From: an uncultured Gemmatimonadaceae bacterium
GTDB taxonomy: Bacteria; Gemmatimonadota; Gemmatimonadetes; Gemmatimonadales; GWC2-71-9
DNA length: 64,000 nucleotides
Direction of reading: 5' to 3'
Assembly: GCA_964574295.1 (NCBI GenBank)
Contig: CAZNLY010000003.1
Location: forward strand, 56,881-120,880
Numbering within the stretch: the stretch's first letter is position 1; the number at the start of each line of letters is the position of its first letter. A program made the position numbers and the translations under genes. Positions 27,001 through 34,661 of this stretch are shown here, piece by piece. The notes beneath the pieces were generated by a model. It was not told where the DNA came from. It did no database searches and worked only from the letters and a program-made list of their open reading frames with translations.

Positions 27001-27322
27001 GGAGGCGCGGGACCTCGCCCGGCAACTCGAGGCGGGGCGCCTCGACCGGCGGACCGTCGAGCGGCAGGAGCAGCTCTACCGTCGAATGCTGGATGCCGGG
27101 CGCACGCTGCAGGGTGAGGAGCGCGACGACCAGAAGGAGCGGCAGAGCACGACCGCGACGGGAGACAGCGTCCGCCTCCCCCCGGCGCTCCGCGCCCGGC
27201 TCGACGACGGTCGCGGCGCGCTCCGCATTCCGACCTGGGAGCAGCTCCAGCAACTGTCTCCCGAGGATCGCCGCCTGGTGCTCGAGTACTTCCGGCGGCT
27301 GGCGGAGGGAGCGCCCCGATGA
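24041..27322 (+). CDS. Membrane-anchored 1093-aa protein, DUF4175-like, with a beta-rich region and a roughly 550-aa Q/A/E/R-rich coiled coil
   Basis: About three N-terminal hydrophobic helices (residues ~20-45, 50-72, ~145-165). A beta-rich segment spans 200-480, coiled-coil-type sequence spans 490-1040, and the C-terminus is 'LVLEYFRRLAEG'. GTGA overlap upstream and ATGA overlap downstream. Confidence 0.6.
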   Translation: MTAATRTALDGLARPRGRMASAIGGLLALAVALTALAAAAWLARGGVVRTPWWVPAAWVAAVAGASACALLAIRRVRAAGPTAIALRLEREGHWRRGALTGVLDTPAAGVSGDLLTLADQARADELAVRGAVALAPFDAALRTERRLGIGLLLLAVLGLLGAGPTRAPVHLLWHPAGALALALGDVSIDASARAVDRGAGVTLTIRAPGRTHATLWRREPGEGWGPVELALDASGEARLTTDGLTSDLFAHATSGGRSSDTLRIEVRVPPFLGAAAVTAHYPAYLGLEEEPVAFGPDSLLLPEGTRLSVEGEATADLASAEWAGPRDTVRLEVDGHSFRGRIVPDASGAYRLIVTTTSGVALGGDDAALAIRMVPDAAPEVAIPVPGEDTLAPLGLRIPLVVDARDDHGLTHVTVVSRRISRLGVADAERREVVALPEGAPDRVMAPFLLDLEQRALLPGDTVRYYAEAVDNAPRPRVARSRDYVLRLPTMAEVRAAERAASESVGQQLDSLAAESRRLQRQTEDLSREAQRPGEGAATRGEQSLSFEAAKRAEAVARQQEALIRQAEETREAIDALQRAAEQSGMDDPEVQRRLQEVAEQLDRALTPELREQLQALQEALRDLDAARTQQALEQLAEAQRQLKEALERSQTLFDRAALEGDLANLAAEARDLAQAQQEWADQMSRMDSARAAAEQAALAERADSLAAGLYQAASEAAAKQSEAAGERMEATAAQADSAAGAMDAAAKAASQGQRQAARQQAQKAAGQLSKVSQELDQQRESMQEEWRQEVVDAIDRMMAETSRLADRQLAITEALRSGEAPANFRAQQAAVEAGVEQLTEQYRKAAGEHALVPPQIGTTLEAARRQMADARDALSTAAPGERTAVVRAGEAVDALNAAAYQMLRARGDVQGAGSGSGLQEAMERMAQLAQQQGAVGQQGAQLLPMLGAGGAQEQLRQLSAQQRALADQLERLRAETQSAGTAELAEEARDLARQLEAGRLDRRTVERQEQLYRRMLDAGRTLQGEERDDQKERQSTTATGDSVRLPPALRARLDDGRGALRIPTWEQLQQLSPEDRRLVLEYFRRLAEGAPR

Positions 27323-29043
27323 GGCGGGCCGCGGCGGTGCTGATGGCCCTGGCGGCGTGGGCCCTGCCGCTTCGCGCCCAGGGCGACGCAATGACCCGCG
27401 CTTTCGAGCAGGAGCGACGCGGCAACTACGCCGGCGCCGCGGACGCCTACCTCGAGGCGCTCCGCGCGAACCCCGGCAACCTCTCGGCGCTCCTCGGGCT
27501 CGAGCGCGTGCTGGTGCCGCTCCGGCGCGAGTCCGAACTGGCCGGCCCCGCCAGCGCCCTCCTGGCCAGCGACCCCGCCAATACGGTGGCGTATTCCGTG
27601 GCGATGCGGGGATGGGCGGCGGCGCGTCGGCCGGACAGCATCGCCGCGGTGGCGCTCCGCTGGGCCAGGGTGGAGCCGGGCAGCGAGACGCCCTACCGCG
27701 ATTGGGGCAACACCCTGCTCGGACTGCAGGATCCGGCCGGGGCCAGGAAGGCATATCTCACGGGTCGCGAGGCGCTGGGCGAGCCGGCGGCGCTGGCCGG
27801 CGAGCTGGCGCTGTTGGCGGGCGCCACCGGGGACTGGCGCACCGCGGCGCGGGAATGGGGCGCGGCCATCGAGCGCTACCCGGGCTACCGGCTCACGGCG
27901 CGCAACGCCCTGCTGCGTGCCCCGGAGGCGAGCCGCGACGACATCCTGCGTGAGCTGTCGCACCAGTCGCCGGCGGGGCGGCGGCTCGCGGCGGAGCTCG
28001 AGGTGCAATGGGGCGATCCAGCCGCGGGGTGGACGCTGCTTGCGGCCAACCTCCCGGCCTCCAACCCCGAGGCCCTCGAGGCGCTGCGCCAGTTCCTCGA
28101 CGCCGCGCGCGGCGGGGAGGGGCCCGAGGCGGCGCGCGTCCGCGGCAACGCCCTCGAACAGGTTGCCGCGCGAACCTCCGGCCAGGCGGCGTCCCGGACC
28201 CGGCTCGAGGCGGCCCGCGCCTACGCCGACGGGGGGGACCCGGCCGCCGCGCGCCGGATGCTGGGCCAGCTCGCGTCCGACACCACCGCCCCTCCCGACA
28301 TGGCCGCCGGCGCCACCGCGACGCTCGTGACGGTGCTCCTCCGCGAGGGCGACGTCGAGGAGGCGGCCCGGCAGCTGGCCCGCTACCGCTCGGCGCTCGG
28401 GGAGGACAACGCGGAGCGGCTCACGCTGCAGGTGGCCGACGGCTACCTCCGGCAGGGGCAGCTGGCGGCGGCCGAGGCCCTCCTGGACTCGGCGGGCAGC
28501 GTCGAGGCCATTGCGCGCATCGGGCGGATCCGGCTCTATCAGGGGGACCTGGCCGGCGCCGCCAAGGCGCTGGGCGCGGCGGGCCCCTTTGCGGGGAGCC
28601 GCGAGGAGGCCACCCAGCGGACGGGGCTGCTCGCGCTCATCCAGCCGATTGCGCAGGACTCGCTGCCGGCGCTCGGCGCCGCGCTCCTGGCGCTCGAGCG
28701 GGGCGACAGCGCCACGGCGGTGCAGGGGCTGGTGGCGGTGGCCGCCACCCTCCCCCCGAACGGAGGCGGCGCCGGCATCCTGCTCCTGGCCGGCCGGATC
28801 GAGGCCGCGCGCGGCCAGGCCGACGCGGCGGAGCGGCTCCTCCGCTCGGCGGCGGACTCGACCGCGCCGGCCACGGCCCCGAGCGCGGAGCTGGAACTGG
28901 CGCGCCTCCTGTTGGCGCTGGGCCGCACCGCCGACGCCGAACGCGAGCTCGAGCACCTGATCCTGGCCTATCCCGGCAGCGCGGTCGTGCCCGAGGCCCG
29001 GCGGCTCCTTGACACGGCGCGTGGCGGAGTGCCGGAGAGCTGA
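27319..29043 (+). CDS. Secreted TPR-like repeat protein
   Basis: Signal peptide MRRAAAVLMALAAWALPLRAQG. The protein is Ala/Leu-rich with repeating helical-pair motifs ('G.Y..A...Y..AL...P.N', 'LARLLLALGRTADAERELEHLILAYPGS'). Confidence 0.6.
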   Translation: MRRAAAVLMALAAWALPLRAQGDAMTRAFEQERRGNYAGAADAYLEALRANPGNLSALLGLERVLVPLRRESELAGPASALLASDPANTVAYSVAMRGWAAARRPDSIAAVALRWARVEPGSETPYRDWGNTLLGLQDPAGARKAYLTGREALGEPAALAGELALLAGATGDWRTAAREWGAAIERYPGYRLTARNALLRAPEASRDDILRELSHQSPAGRRLAAELEVQWGDPAAGWTLLAANLPASNPEALEALRQFLDAARGGEGPEAARVRGNALEQVAARTSGQAASRTRLEAARAYADGGDPAAARRMLGQLASDTTAPPDMAAGATATLVTVLLREGDVEEAARQLARYRSALGEDNAERLTLQVADGYLRQGQLAAAEALLDSAGSVEAIARIGRIRLYQGDLAGAAKALGAAGPFAGSREEATQRTGLLALIQPIAQDSLPALGAALLALERGDSATAVQGLVAVAATLPPNGGGAGILLLAGRIEAARGQADAAERLLRSAADSTAPATAPSAELELARLLLALGRTADAERELEHLILAYPGSAVVPEARRLLDTARGGVPES

Positions 29044-30341
29044 TGCGCCGCCGCGACTTCCTCCGCGGGGCGGCGTCGGCCGCCGCAGGCCTGGCGTTCG
29101 CGTCCCCTCGCGCCGGCCTCGCCCGGCGCGCCCCATATGTCCTGGTGCCGATGGACGACGCGCAGGCCGACCACCTCAAGGCGTACGGCCTCGTCTTCCG
29201 ACTGCTGGAGCGGGGCGGCCGGGCGGAATGGTTCCTCAACTACCGGAACGGGGCCTTCCTCCTCCCCTCGGATCCGATCACCGAGCGCGACGCGGCGCTG
29301 GCCGGGGTGACCGTCGAGCCGCTGGGCGAGGCCAGCCTGATCGGCATCCGGGCCGACATCGACGCCGGCAACATGGAGGCGGTGCCGCTGGAGAAGGCCC
29401 CGCGCGTGGCGGTGTACGTGCCGCCCAACGCCGCGCCGTGGGACGACGCGGTGACGATGGCCCTCCGCTACGCGGGCATCACCTTCGCCAAGGTGTGGGA
29501 TCCGGAGGTGCTGCAGCCGGGCGGCGCCGGCCTGGCCCGGTTCGACTGGCTGCACCTGCATCACGAGGACTTCACCGGGCAGTACTCCAAGTTCTACATC
29601 ACCTACGCCGGCGCCCCCTGGCTGGCCGAGATGGTGGAGCAGAACACCGCGATGGCCCGCACCCTCGGGTTCCCCAATGTCCCGGCGGAGAAGCGCGCCG
29701 TGGCGGAGGCCATCGCCGCCTACGTGGCCCAGGGCGGGTTCCTCTTCGCGATGTGCGCCGCCACCGAGACGCTGGACCTCGCGCTCGCGTCGGCCGGGGT
29801 GGACATCGCGGCGGCCTACGCCGACCAGACGCCGATGGACCCGAATGCCAGCGCCCGGATGGACTGGAGCCGCGCCCTCGCCTTCCAGGGGGCGCGCCTC
29901 GAGCTGAGCCCGACCGTGTCCCAGTTCTCCGACATCGACGGCCACGAGGTGAACGCCCTCGGCCGCCGCCAGCAGCTCGGCAGCTTCCGGCTCTTTGCCT
30001 TCAGCGCCAAGATCGACCCGGTGGCCACCATGCTGGTGCAGAACCACCGGGAGTCGATTCCCGACTTCTACGGCCTCACCACCTCGTTCCGGAAGACCCG
30101 GATCAAGCCGGGGGTGACGATCCTGGCCGACGAGCCCGGGGCGCCCTGGGCCAAGTACCTCCACGGGGAGCATGGCAAGGGGACGTGGACGTTCTACGGC
30201 GGGCACGACCCCGAGGACCCGCAGCACCAGATCGGCGACGCCCCGACCGACCTGTCGCTCCATCCGCACTCCCCGGGCTACCGGCTGATCCTCAACAACG
30301 TCCTCTTTCCGGCCGCGAAGAAGAAGGAACTGAAGACATGA
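29043..30341 (+). CDS. Tat-exported hypothetical protein, possibly GATase1/ThuA-like
   Basis: Twin-arginine signal 'MRRRDFLRGAASAAAGLAFA'. 'FDWLHLHHEDFTGQ...' and 'GGFLFAMCAATETLD' echo the 'YLYMTGHG...GGFLHADD' pattern of the DUF4159 gene. 432 aa. TGATG 1-nt overlap upstream. Confidence 0.55.
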   Translation: MRRRDFLRGAASAAAGLAFASPRAGLARRAPYVLVPMDDAQADHLKAYGLVFRLLERGGRAEWFLNYRNGAFLLPSDPITERDAALAGVTVEPLGEASLIGIRADIDAGNMEAVPLEKAPRVAVYVPPNAAPWDDAVTMALRYAGITFAKVWDPEVLQPGGAGLARFDWLHLHHEDFTGQYSKFYITYAGAPWLAEMVEQNTAMARTLGFPNVPAEKRAVAEAIAAYVAQGGFLFAMCAATETLDLALASAGVDIAAAYADQTPMDPNASARMDWSRALAFQGARLELSPTVSQFSDIDGHEVNALGRRQQLGSFRLFAFSAKIDPVATMLVQNHRESIPDFYGLTTSFRKTRIKPGVTILADEPGAPWAKYLHGEHGKGTWTFYGGHDPEDPQHQIGDAPTDLSLHPHSPGYRLILNNVLFPAAKKKELKT

Positions 30342-32845
30342 GCGGGGAGCGCCTGGCGCCGGAGGTCCGCGCGCGGCTGGCCGCCGAGATCCGCGCCGCC
30401 GGCGGGCGGGAGGTGTCATTCGTGGCCGACATTGACGGCGAGGGGGTCGTCGTGGCGGCGCGGGCGGTGGCGCGCGGTACCGTGCACATGGTGCTGGCCC
30501 TGCCGGGAGTGGCGCAACGCGGACAGATGCTCCTCCACAACCACCCGAGCGGCACCCTCGAGCCCTCCGACGCCGACCTGGCGGTGGCGGCGCGGCTCCA
30601 CGACGGCGGGGTGGGCTTCGGCATCGTGGACAACGCCGGGGAGCGGCTCTACGTGGTGGTGGAGGTGCCCCGGGCGCCAAGCATCCGGCGGCTGGATCCG
30701 TACGCGGTGGTGGAGGCCCTGGGCGAGCACGGTCCCGTGGCGCGTGTCCTCGGTCAGTATGAGGACCGCCAGGCGCAGCGCGACATGGCGGCGTTCATTG
30801 CCGATGGGTACAACGACGGCGGGGTCCAGGTCCTCGAGGCGGGCACCGGGGTGGGGAAGTCGTTTGCCTACCTCGTTCCGGCGCTGCAGTGGGCGCGCGC
30901 CAACGGCGAGCGGACCGTGGTCTCGACCAATACCATCAACCTCCAGGAACAACTGGTCGGCAAGGACCTGCCGCTCCTGCGCGAGGCGCTGGCCGACGGA
31001 GACTGGCAGCCGCGCTTTGCCCTCCTCAAGGGGTGGCGGAACTACGTCTGCCTGGCGCGGCTGCAGCACGCGGGGCACGGGCAGCAGAATCTCCTCGAGC
31101 CGGAGCGGCAGGACGAGCTGGTGTCGCTCGCGGAGTGGGCGGCCCGCACCGGCGATGGCACCCTGAGCGACCTTGCCGTTCCGCCGACGGCCGAGGTGTG
31201 GGACGAGATCTGCGCCGAGGCCGACCTCTGCACTCGGGTGCAGTGCGCGCACTTCGACCAGTGCTTCCTGTTCCGAGCGCGCCGCCGGGCGGCCGAAGCG
31301 GACGTGGTGGTGGTGAACCACCACCTGCTCGCGGCCGACCTCGCGGTGCGGCAGGCGTCCGACAACTGGGAGGAGGCGGCGGTCCTCCCGCCCTACAAGC
31401 GGCTCATCCTCGACGAGGCCCATCACCTCGAGGACGTGGCGGCCTCGCACCTCGGCACACAGGTCACGAGCCGGGGGGTGCAGCGGCTGCTGGGCCGGCT
31501 GGAGCGGAACCGCCGGGGGCTGGTGCCCGCCTTGAGCGCGGAGCTTGCAGGGCGAACCGACCTGCTGAGCAAGGCGAGCCTCGACCTGGTTCGGGAGCGC
31601 CTGGCGCCGGCGGTGGGCGACGCTCGTCGCGCCGCGGAGCAGCTCTTCCTCCGGCTCCACGGACTGGCGGAGGACGGCCACGGCGGCCAGCGGCGGCTCA
31701 CGGATGAGTTCGCCGAGGATCCGGCGTGGAGCGAGGGGCTCCGCGCCGAGCTCGATGCGCTGCTGGCCAGTTTCGACCTCATCAAGACGCACGTGGAGAC
31801 GGTGGCCGACCGACTGGCACAGGTCGAATCGACGGAGCGGGGCGACCAGCTCCTGCAGGAGATGCGCGCGGTGGTCCGGCGGCTCGCGACCACCTCCGAC
31901 GGGCTCAACCGCACCCTGCGGCCGGGGCAGGGGGGCGAGGCCACGGTGCGCTGGATCGAGCGCTCCGGCGCCAGGCGCCAGCACACGCAGCTGGCGGCGG
32001 TGCCGCTCGACCTGGCGCCCGTCCTCCGGCAGCTGCTGTTCGAGCGGGTGGAGACGGTGGTGCTCACCAGCGCCACCCTCGCCGCCGGCGGTGAGTTCGA
32101 CTTCCTCGAGCGCCGGCTCGGCCTCGCGGTGCCCCCGAGCCCGGTCACCACCCGGGAAATCTTCCCCTCGCCCTTCGACTACCCCTCGCAGTGCCTCTTC
32201 GGCATCCCTGACGACTTCCCCGACCCGCGGGAGGACGAAGCGGCGCACGACGCCGCGCTGGCCCAGGCGGTCACCGACCTTGCCCACGCCGGCGACGGGG
32301 GGCTGTTTGTGCTCTTTACCAGCCACGCCGCATTGCGCCGTGCCGCCGCCCAGCTACGGATGATGCTCGACCCGCGCTGGCCGCTGATGGTGCAGGGAGA
32401 GGGCAGCCGGGACGCGCTCCTCCGCCGGTTCCGCGAGGCCGGCAACGCCATCCTCCTCGGCACCGACTCCTTCTGGGAGGGGGTGGATGTTCCCGGCAAG
32501 GCGCTGCGCGGGCTCGTCCTCTGCAAGCTGCCGTTCAAGGTGCCGAGCGAGCCGATCACGGCCGCACGGCTGGAACGCCTGGCCGAGGCGGGGGAGGACG
32601 GGTTCATGGGGTACCTGCTCCCGCACGCCGCGCTCAAGCTCAAGCAGGGGTTCGGCCGTCTCATCCGCACCGCCACCGATGTGGGGGTGGTCTTGCTGCT
32701 CGACCGGCGCGTGCTCACCAAGCGCTACGGGCCGCTGGTTCTGGCGGGCCTGCCGCGGGCGGAGCGTGTGACCGGCCGGTGGGGCGAGATCCGCATCAAG
32801 TGCGAGGACTTCTTTGCCCGCCATGGGCTGGGGGTGCTGGAGTGA
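30338..32845 (+). CDS. dinG: DinG/XPD-family Fe-S ATP-dependent DNA helicase with an N-terminal RadC-like JAB/MPN domain
   Basis: 835 codons from the ATG at 30338 (ATGA overlap). 'LLHNHPSGTLEPSDADL' is the JAMM/RadC motif. 'EAGTGVGKSFAY' is Walker A. A Cys cluster 'YVCLARL...ICAEADLCTRVQCAHFDQC' is present. 'LILDEAHHLED' is the DEAH box. C-terminal helicase motifs are 'LLGTDSFWEGVDVPG' and 'QG.GRLIRT..D.G'. Confidence 0.8.
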   Translation: MSGERLAPEVRARLAAEIRAAGGREVSFVADIDGEGVVVAARAVARGTVHMVLALPGVAQRGQMLLHNHPSGTLEPSDADLAVAARLHDGGVGFGIVDNAGERLYVVVEVPRAPSIRRLDPYAVVEALGEHGPVARVLGQYEDRQAQRDMAAFIADGYNDGGVQVLEAGTGVGKSFAYLVPALQWARANGERTVVSTNTINLQEQLVGKDLPLLREALADGDWQPRFALLKGWRNYVCLARLQHAGHGQQNLLEPERQDELVSLAEWAARTGDGTLSDLAVPPTAEVWDEICAEADLCTRVQCAHFDQCFLFRARRRAAEADVVVVNHHLLAADLAVRQASDNWEEAAVLPPYKRLILDEAHHLEDVAASHLGTQVTSRGVQRLLGRLERNRRGLVPALSAELAGRTDLLSKASLDLVRERLAPAVGDARRAAEQLFLRLHGLAEDGHGGQRRLTDEFAEDPAWSEGLRAELDALLASFDLIKTHVETVADRLAQVESTERGDQLLQEMRAVVRRLATTSDGLNRTLRPGQGGEATVRWIERSGARRQHTQLAAVPLDLAPVLRQLLFERVETVVLTSATLAAGGEFDFLERRLGLAVPPSPVTTREIFPSPFDYPSQCLFGIPDDFPDPREDEAAHDAALAQAVTDLAHAGDGGLFVLFTSHAALRRAAAQLRMMLDPRWPLMVQGEGSRDALLRRFREAGNAILLGTDSFWEGVDVPGKALRGLVLCKLPFKVPSEPITAARLERLAEAGEDGFMGYLLPHAALKLKQGFGRLIRTATDVGVVLLLDRRVLTKRYGPLVLAGLPRAERVTGRWGEIRIKCEDFFARHGLGVLE

Positions 32846-33468
32846 GCGGAACCAGACCGTCGAAGATCGTCTGCGTGGGCCGGAACTACGCGGAACACGC
32901 GAAGGAACTCGGCAACGAGATCCCCGAACGGCCCCTCCTTTTCTTCAAGCCGCCGAGCGCCATCCTCGCGCCGGGAGAGCCGATCCTCCTGCCGGCGGCC
33001 TCGAGCCGGGTCGAGCACGAGGCGGAAATCGGGGTGGTCATCGGCCGGCGGCTCCGCCACGCCACACCCGAGGAGGCGGAGCAGGGGATCGGGGGGTTCA
33101 CCTGCGTCAACGACGTGACGGCCCGCGACCTCCAGAAGGTGGATGGCCAGTGGGCCCGGGCCAAGGGATTCGACACCTTCTGCCCGGTGGGGCCGCGAAC
33201 GGTGTCGGGGCTCGACTGGCGGACGCTCGAGGTCATCGGGCGGGTCAACGGACAGGTGCGTCAGCGGGGCGCGACCTCCCAGATGCTGTTTTCGATCCCG
33301 CAGCTCCTGTCTTATATATCGGGGGTCATGACCCTCGAGCCGGGGGACCTGATCGCCACCGGGACCCCGTCGGGGGTCGGCCCGCTGGCCGACGGCGATG
33401 TGGTGGAAGTCGAGATTCCCGGCATCGGTATCCTGTCCAACCCCGTGCGGAGCGAAACGCCCCGATGA
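32842..33468 (+). CDS. Fumarylacetoacetate hydrolase (FAH) family protein
   Basis: 'KIVCVGRNYAEHAKELGNEIPERPLLFFKPPSA......PI..P......HEAE.GVVIG...........I.G.T..ND.TARD.Q.....W...KGFDTF.P.GP...........NG...Q........F.I..L...IS..MTL.PGD.I.TGTP.GVG'. The GTG overlaps the helicase stop (GTGA). Confidence 0.85.
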   Translation: MSGTRPSKIVCVGRNYAEHAKELGNEIPERPLLFFKPPSAILAPGEPILLPAASSRVEHEAEIGVVIGRRLRHATPEEAEQGIGGFTCVNDVTARDLQKVDGQWARAKGFDTFCPVGPRTVSGLDWRTLEVIGRVNGQVRQRGATSQMLFSIPQLLSYISGVMTLEPGDLIATGTPSGVGPLADGDVVEVEIPGIGILSNPVRSETPR

Positions 33469-34661
33469 TCTCTCCCAGCAAGCGCCTCGGCACCCTCCCC
33501 GGCTATCCCCTCGCCGAGTTGCCCGGCATCAAGCGGCGCCTGATGGCGGAGGGGAAGGACATCATCGACCTCGGCGCGGGCGACAACGACACGCCGCCGC
33601 CGCCACTCGCGCTCGAGGCGATGCGGAAGGCGCTCGAGAATCCCGCCAACAGCAAGTACGGGTTCCAGCAGGGGCACCCCGCGTTCCGCCGCGCCGCCAG
33701 CGACTACGTCCACCGCCGGTTCGGGCACCGGTTCGATCCCGCCACCGAGCTCGCACCGCTCATCGGCTCCAAGGAGGGGATCGCCCACCTGCCGTTTGCC
33801 TTCCTGAATGCGGGCGACGTGGCCATCGTTCCCGAGCCGGGCTACCAGGCCTACCTCGGCGGCACGGTGCTGGCCGACGGGGTGCCCCACATCGCGCCGC
33901 TGCGCGCCGAGCGGGGGTTCCTGGTCGACCTCGAGGCCATTCCGGACTCGGTCCTCCGGCGCACCCGGCTCCTCTTCCTCAACTACCCGAACAACCCGAC
34001 GGCGGCGGTGGCCCCGCTCGACTACCTCGAACGCGTGGTGGCCGCCTGCCGGAAGCACGACATCCTCCTGGCCTACGACAACGCCTATTGCGACATCACC
34101 TTCGACGGGTATCGGGCGCCGAGCATCTTCGACGTGCCGGGGGCGGCGGAGGTGGCCATCGAGTTCTTCTCGCTCTCCAAGAGCTTCTCGATGACGGGGT
34201 GGCGGATCGGGTTCGCGGTGGGGCGGCCCCAGCTCGTGGCGCCGCTGACGCAGGTCAAGACGTACACCGATACGGGGCCGTTCCTGGCGGTGCAGGAGGC
34301 GGGCGCCGCCGTGCTCGACCGGGCGGAGGAGTTCACCGCGCCGATCTGCGCCGAGATCGCGCGGCGGCGCGATGCGGCGGTGCCGGCGCTCCGGGCGGCG
34401 GGATTCCAGGTCGAGTCGCCGCGCGCGGCGATGTACCTCTGGGTGGCGCTCCCGGCCGGCGTGGCGTCCAAGCCGTTCGCCATGCATGCGCTCCAGGAGG
34501 AGGGCGCGCTCGTCCTGCCGGGGAGCGCCTTCGGGCCGGCGGGTGAGGGCTACTTCCGGATCGCGCTCACGGTGCCTGCCAGCCGACTCGTCGAGGCGGT
34601 GGCGCGGCTCTCGCGCGCGCTCGCCACGCTGCCGCATGCCGGGGGCGTCGGCGCCGCCTGA
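33465..34661 (+). CDS. Class I/II pyridoxal-phosphate aminotransferase (LL-diaminopimelate-aminotransferase-like subgroup)
   Basis: 'DIIDLGAGDNDTPPP...LIGSKEGIAHLPFAFLNAGD...VPEPGYQAY...LNYPNNPT.A.A.......V..A.......AYDNAY..I.FDGY...S......A..V.IEF.SLSKSF.MTGWRIGFAVG'. ATGA overlap with the FAH gene. Confidence 0.85.
   Translation: MISPSKRLGTLPGYPLAELPGIKRRLMAEGKDIIDLGAGDNDTPPPPLALEAMRKALENPANSKYGFQQGHPAFRRAASDYVHRRFGHRFDPATELAPLIGSKEGIAHLPFAFLNAGDVAIVPEPGYQAYLGGTVLADGVPHIAPLRAERGFLVDLEAIPDSVLRRTRLLFLNYPNNPTAAVAPLDYLERVVAACRKHDILLAYDNAYCDITFDGYRAPSIFDVPGAAEVAIEFFSLSKSFSMTGWRIGFAVGRPQLVAPLTQVKTYTDTGPFLAVQEAGAAVLDRAEEFTAPICAEIARRRDAAVPALRAAGFQVESPRAAMYLWVALPAGVASKPFAMHALQEEGALVLPGSAFGPAGEGYFRIALTVPASRLVEAVARLSRALATLPHAGGVGAA

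Noticed and set aside
25480-27100. Apparent nucleotide repetitiveness (GCGGCG/CAGCAG/GAGCAG-rich) that could be a tandem repeat or array.
   Set aside because: I found no exact or near-exact repeat unit with constant period. The pattern is explained by the Q/A/E/R-rich coiled-coil coding sequence.
24020-27754. A 1244-aa ORF on the minus strand, the longest ORF in the track, antisense to the DUF4175-like and TPR genes.
   Set aside because: Its composition is overwhelmingly Arg/Pro/Gly/Ala with no motifs. This is typical of the stop-poor antisense frame of a ~70% GC coding region. The plus-strand frame has signal and TM features, coiled-coil periodicity and precise stop/start coupling to its neighbours.
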